A stretch of 64,000 nt of DNA, taken from the NCBI GenBank assembly GCA_963837955.1, contig CAWIPH010000002.1, forward strand, positions 4,192,001 to 4,256,000, read 5' to 3'. Below, piece after piece: positions 60,081 through 64,000 of the stretch; position 1 is the stretch's first letter; each line of letters starts with the position of its first letter. This DNA is from an uncultured Verrucomicrobiae bacterium. Lineage in GTDB: Bacteria; Verrucomicrobiota; Verrucomicrobiia; Chthoniobacterales; JAFAMB01. The notes beneath the pieces were generated by a model that saw only the letters and a program-made list of their open reading frames with translations, made no database searches and was not told where the DNA came from. A program made the position numbers and the translations under genes.

Positions 60081-60569
60081 ATGCCTTCATTCGATATCGT
60101 CTCGGAGGTTGAGAGGCAAGAGATCGACAATGCTCTTAATCAGGCCAGAAAAGAGCTTAGTACGCGCTTTGATTTCAAAGAGAGCCAAGCTACCATCGAA
60201 CTTTCGGCACCGGACTTGATTGAGCTGAAAGCGGAAGACGCCAGCCGCCTGAAGTCGCTGCACGAGATCTTGATTGGTAAGCTCGCTAAGCGAAACGTCG
60301 ATCTGCGAAACGTGGAGCGAAAGGATCCCGCAATTTCACCACTCGGGCATGCGCGCCAAGAAATTCGGATCAAACAAGGATTGGAAGGCGATAAAGCGAA
60401 AGAAATTATCAAGGCGATTAAGGGGCTTGACCTGAAGGTCCAGAGCCAATTACAGGATCAGCAAGTCAGAGTTACGGGAAAAAAAAGGGACGAGTTGCAA
60501 GCTGTTATTCAGTTCCTTCGCGGCAAAGATTTCGGTGTCGCTCTCTCGTTCAAAAATTTTCGCGACTAA
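60081..60569 (+). CDS. yajQ: YajQ-family nucleotide-binding protein
   Basis: MPSFDIVSE, RFDFK, VRVTGKKRDELQ, NFRD. Confidence 0.97.
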   Translation: MPSFDIVSEVERQEIDNALNQARKELSTRFDFKESQATIELSAPDLIELKAEDASRLKSLHEILIGKLAKRNVDLRNVERKDPAISPLGHARQEIRIKQGLEGDKAKEIIKAIKGLDLKVQSQLQDQQVRVTGKKRDELQAVIQFLRGKDFGVALSFKNFRD

Positions 60570-60597
60570 TTTCTGCGGCCGGGGCGAGATCAATCGA

Positions 60598-60960
60598 ATG
60601 ATCGGCAAACAATACGAGCGTTTGCTTTTGGTTCGTCCTGAATACCTGAATTCGATGGGTGCGCTGTTTGGCGGTTACATGATGATGTGGGCGGACGAAA
60701 TGGCGTTTATCGCCGCATCGCTGGAGTTTCCCGGAACGACGTTTGTGACCAAAATTTTCGGCGAATTCAACTTCATTCATCCACTCCGCCAGGGAGACCT
60801 GGTTCAGGTGATTAGCCAAGTTGAGTCGCGGGGGAACACGTCCTGCAGGGTCCAAGTCTGGTCGCTCGACCCGGTCAAGAACGTTCAGGTATTCCGCACG
60901 CACGCGATTTTGGTCAACGTCAGTAACGGCGTCAAAACGCCAATTCCGGCGCCGCTATAG
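60598..60960 (+). CDS. Hotdog-fold acyl-CoA thioesterase
   Basis: PEYLNSMGALFGGYMMMWADE, GNTS; ATG at 60598. Confidence 0.88.
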   Translation: MIGKQYERLLLVRPEYLNSMGALFGGYMMMWADEMAFIAASLEFPGTTFVTKIFGEFNFIHPLRQGDLVQVISQVESRGNTSCRVQVWSLDPVKNVQVFRTHAILVNVSNGVKTPIPAPL

Positions 60961-61007
60961 CTCCTCGGCTGATGAGGGTCCGGCCGGTTCAATTACTCGT
61001 TTATTAT

Positions 61008-61041
61008 TTTTTATTGATTGCTCAAATAAAATCGCTATGCT
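61008..61041 (+). promoter_or_regulatory. Promoter with overlapping palindromic operator for the TetR gene
   Basis: TTTATTGA-TTGC-TCAAATAAA imperfect inverted repeat over TTGATT (61014); TATGCT at 61036-61041. Confidence 0.6.
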
Positions 61042-61051
61042 CCCCACCCAA

Positions 61052-61663
61052 ATGGGACGAGCCCGCAGCTTCGATGAAGCTAAAATTCTCGCCGGGACCG
61101 CTCACTTGTTCCGACGACTCGGTTTCGCCGCGACCTCTCTAAAAGATCTGGAGAAAGCGACCGGTCTTCAAGCAGGTAGCCTTTACAATGCCTTCGGCAA
61201 CAAAAAGAGCCTCTTTCTGAGGGCCCTGGACACCTATCATACTTGCGTTGTCCGCCACCGAATCCAAACCTATCTGAAAGGGAACCACTTCGTTCAGGAG
61301 CTTACAAAATTTTTCACCTCGACCTACGAGATGGAGGGCATACCCAATGCTGGTTGCTTGCTGACAAACGCCGCCGCGGAGATAGGGGCTGACGATCCTG
61401 AGATCCAGAAAAAAATAGAAGAAGGCTTCTCGATCTTGCGCGACGCATTCGCTCGGGAAGTGCGCCGCGGCCAGACCCAAAATCTCGTAGCGCACGATAC
61501 TTCGCCCGAAGCTGCTGCGGAGTTCTTACTATCGGCGTACCAGGGCCTGCTTGTTCGGGTGCGGAACGGCACACCGGCGACAGTTTTGGATGAGATCGTG
61601 CGCATGACCATCGGAGCAATTTCACTCAAGAAGAACCCACCCAAAGCAAAAAGAAGACTATGA
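61052..61663 (+). CDS. TetR/AcrR-family regulator (NemR/ComR-like)
   Basis: MGRARSFD, GFAATSL..L...TGL..GSLYNAFGNKKSLF, GCLLTN. Confidence 0.93.
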   Translation: MGRARSFDEAKILAGTAHLFRRLGFAATSLKDLEKATGLQAGSLYNAFGNKKSLFLRALDTYHTCVVRHRIQTYLKGNHFVQELTKFFTSTYEMEGIPNAGCLLTNAAAEIGADDPEIQKKIEEGFSILRDAFAREVRRGQTQNLVAHDTSPEAAAEFLLSAYQGLLVRVRNGTPATVLDEIVRMTIGAISLKKNPPKAKRRL

Positions 61664-62019
61664 AGGAATTGTGGAATGAGTATGCGACAGCCTGGTCGAA
61701 TCCGGACAGGGCCGCCCGACAAAAGATCTTAGAAAAGCGCCTGACGCCTGATATTCAATATGCCGATCCAGCGGTACAAACGTCAGGTTACGCCGAGATT
61801 TCCGATTACATGGAGAGTTTTCAAACGGGTTATCCGGGTCGACGTTTTGTCATTTCTGAAGTAATTGCCCATCATGACAGCTGCCTTGCTCATTGGACGA
61901 TGCAGAGGGATAGCGAAATCGAGATGAAGGGCGCGTCTTTTGCCGAAATAGAGACGGACGGACGTTTGCGCCGCATCCGTGGCTTTTTCGGTCAACCGTC
62001 CGAAGAGGGCGAGAAATGA
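61660..62019 (+). CDS. SnoaL/NTF2-like protein
   Basis: YATAW, YADP, DGRLRRIRGFF; overlaps the TetR stop. Confidence 0.85.
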   Translation: MKELWNEYATAWSNPDRAARQKILEKRLTPDIQYADPAVQTSGYAEISDYMESFQTGYPGRRFVISEVIAHHDSCLAHWTMQRDSEIEMKGASFAEIETDGRLRRIRGFFGQPSEEGEK

Positions 62020-62087
62020 CGCAAACTTCGCAGAAACTCCGCCAATTTGTGATCCACTGCCCCGCGCCTTCGTCTTACAGAGAACAG

Positions 62088-63203
62088 CTACATCGATCTA
62101 TCGGGTTCGAACCCGGTTAATTCGTGCACCGGGGTTCTCCCAAGGGCTAGCTGGGCGGCTAACGACCCGAAATAGGGCCCAACGGTCAACCCGTAAGGGC
62201 CAAGCCCGGTCGCTACCACCAGACCGGAAACCGAGGGGACGCGACCCAGCAATGGCAATCCGTCTTTGCTGATCGGCCGGAACCCGACCTTGATTTCGGC
62301 CAGAGTTGCCCGCTTCAAGCCTGGTGCGATGCGCAACCCTTCTTGGAGCACTTCCGCTACTCCACCGGCGGTGACTCGAAAGTCAAAACCGACCCCGCTC
62401 TCTCGCGTCGCGCCGATTACTATTCGCGAATCGCGGAACGCGAGCAGGTAATAGTCATTCAGAGCAGGTAGGATAATCGGTAACGTGGCAGTATCCGTTT
62501 CTGGTACCTTAAGATGAACGATTTGCCCACGCTGGGGTTCGACCCCCAGCTCTATACCGAGCGGCTGGCACAGCTCGGCCGACCAAGCGCCTGCCGCGAC
62601 GATAACCGTATCGCCTAGGATATACTCGCCGTCCACCCGGACTCCGACCACAGTCCGTCCGGAGGTTTCAAGAACGGCTGCCCCAAATTGCTGCCTGACG
62701 CCAGCTTTGACAGCGGCGTTACACAATGCTGCTCGAAACACCTCGCCCGAAACTCGGGCGGTTCCGCTCAGATATACGCCAGCCAGCGCGGGATCGAGAT
62801 ATCGGAACAGCTCCTGCGGACCACCGGGACCAAGCAACCGAACCTCCCCAATCTCTTTCACTCCGTGATTGAGACGCTCTTCCAACCGATTGAATATGGC
62901 TTCGAGCTGCCCGGCGCATTCTCCAACGATTAAACCTCCGACTACCTCATAGTCAGTGTTGGTCTCGCCAACGGTAGCCAGCTTAGCAACCAATTCGGGA
63001 TAGTACCTAGCCGCAGCGACAGCGAGATCTTGATAGCGCCGATCCTGGATCCGCGAAAGCCACGGCGAAATGATTCCGGCGCCGGCGAAAGTCGCGCGTC
63101 CAGGAGCTCGCCGATCGATCAGATAGACCTCGGCGCCGAGTTGAGCCAAATGAAAAGCCGTGCTCGCGCCAACGATTCCGCCCCCCAGAACGATGATCCT
63201 CAT
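62088..63203 (-). CDS. FAD-dependent oxidoreductase, D-amino-acid oxidase/DadA family
   Basis: GGGIVG, ATFAGAG, AAGAWS, PQRGQ, GFRP..DGLP, GLGPYGLT. Confidence 0.92.
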   Translation of the reverse strand: MRIIVLGGGIVGASTAFHLAQLGAEVYLIDRRAPGRATFAGAGIISPWLSRIQDRRYQDLAVAAARYYPELVAKLATVGETNTDYEVVGGLIVGECAGQLEAIFNRLEERLNHGVKEIGEVRLLGPGGPQELFRYLDPALAGVYLSGTARVSGEVFRAALCNAAVKAGVRQQFGAAVLETSGRTVVGVRVDGEYILGDTVIVAAGAWSAELCQPLGIELGVEPQRGQIVHLKVPETDTATLPIILPALNDYYLLAFRDSRIVIGATRESGVGFDFRVTAGGVAEVLQEGLRIAPGLKRATLAEIKVGFRPISKDGLPLLGRVPSVSGLVVATGLGPYGLTVGPYFGSLAAQLALGRTPVHELTGFEPDRSM

Positions 63204-63233
63204 GAAGCACGGATCGCGGGAAGCGATCCTCCT

Positions 63234-63473
63234 CTACCCTCCCTGGACCGGTGGCATGAGTGACACCAAATCGTCCGTAGCCAAACGATGGTCACGCGAG
63301 ACGTATTCGGTTCCGACCGCCACCAATAGATACTTGTCCCATTCTTTCAGCCCTGGAACAGCCGCATACAACCGAGTTAGCAAGTCTTCGATCGACCCCT
63401 CTTCACTGATTTCCGCTGTTTCGGGTCCCTTTAAATCGCGCAATCGGGAAAAATACTGAATTCGAACTAACAT
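63234..63473 (-). CDS. moaD: MoaD/ThiS-family sulfur carrier
   Basis: 79 aa, ubiquitin-like, C-terminal PPVQGG; TAATG overlap with hpt. Confidence 0.88.
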   Translation of the reverse strand: MLVRIQYFSRLRDLKGPETAEISEEGSIEDLLTRLYAAVPGLKEWDKYLLVAVGTEYVSRDHRLATDDLVSLMPPVQGG

Positions 63474-64000
63474 TACTGCTGCCGGAGTACGCCGATGACC
63501 GACAAATTCCGGTATTTCTCGTTATAATCCAAGCCGTAGCCGACGACAAATTCATCCTGAATATCAAACCCGACATAATCGGCCTCAATGGGTCTTGCGC
63601 GCTGCTTCAACTTCCGGAGCAGCACACAGCTCCGGACACTGAGCGGTTTCACTTGGTTGCGCATCGTTTCGATGATCGCTGCGAGCGTGTGTCCACTGTC
63701 TAAGATGTCGTCCAAAAGCAAGACATGCCGATCCTTCAGATCAGGCAATGTCTGAGGGTCAAATGTCACCTGACCAGTAGACACCGTGCCGCTGTAATAG
63801 CTGCGTACTCGGAGACAATCCAGCTGGAGAGGGAGTGGAATGCGACGCAGCAAATCCGCCATGAAAATAAGGCTCCCATTCAAGATTGCGATTACCGTAA
63901 GATCCAATCCCTGATAGTCAGCCGTGATCTGGGCGGCCAACCCATCGAGTCGGGCCGCAATCTCTTCCTCCTCAAAGAGGACTCTGTCGAGGTCGCCGTA
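63473..64000 (-). CDS. hpt: Hypoxanthine phosphoribosyltransferase (5' end beyond the window)
   Basis: ILNGSLIFMADL, LLDDILDSGHTL, FVVGYGLDY; frame open to 64000. Confidence 0.96.
   Translation of the reverse strand, partial: YGDLDRVLFEEEEIAARLDGLAAQITADYQGLDLTVIAILNGSLIFMADLLRRIPLPLQLDCLRVRSYYSGTVSTGQVTFDPQTLPDLKDRHVLLLDDILDSGHTLAAIIETMRNQVKPLSVRSCVLLRKLKQRARPIEADYVGFDIQDEFVVGYGLDYNEKYRNLSVIGVLRQQ

Overview
Core-genome window of a PVC-superphylum bacterium, most likely Verrucomicrobiota. This is inferred from the MurC-MurB fusion, a LysM gene inside the dcw cluster, a long GreA and a divergent FtsZ. It opens with the 5' part of dnaA (missing from the ORF track) and a DnaA-box region that is a probable oriC. 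It then carries metabolic genes (SSS symporter, argA, ndk, GTP-PEPCK, ubiD-family, moaA-moaC-mog, eno, purK, nuoA, hpt, moaD), an mreBCD-mrdA-RNase G operon without rodA, polX, and a near-complete dcw cluster (mraZ to ftsZ) without ddl. No rRNA, tRNA, CRISPR array, transposase or prophage was recognised. The most unusual non-coding signal is an array of 25 x 9-bp units with an inverted partner array upstream of an orphan LysR gene; it is also in frame with LysR as a Gly-X-Y repeat and matches a G-quadruplex pattern. Similar paired short-period arrays and REP-like palindromes occur in other intergenic gaps. The best candidate for an undescribed system is a four-gene unit: unknown exported protein, outer-membrane beta-barrel, ABC ATPase and ABC-2 permease. 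All calls come from reading motifs by eye; no database searches were run.
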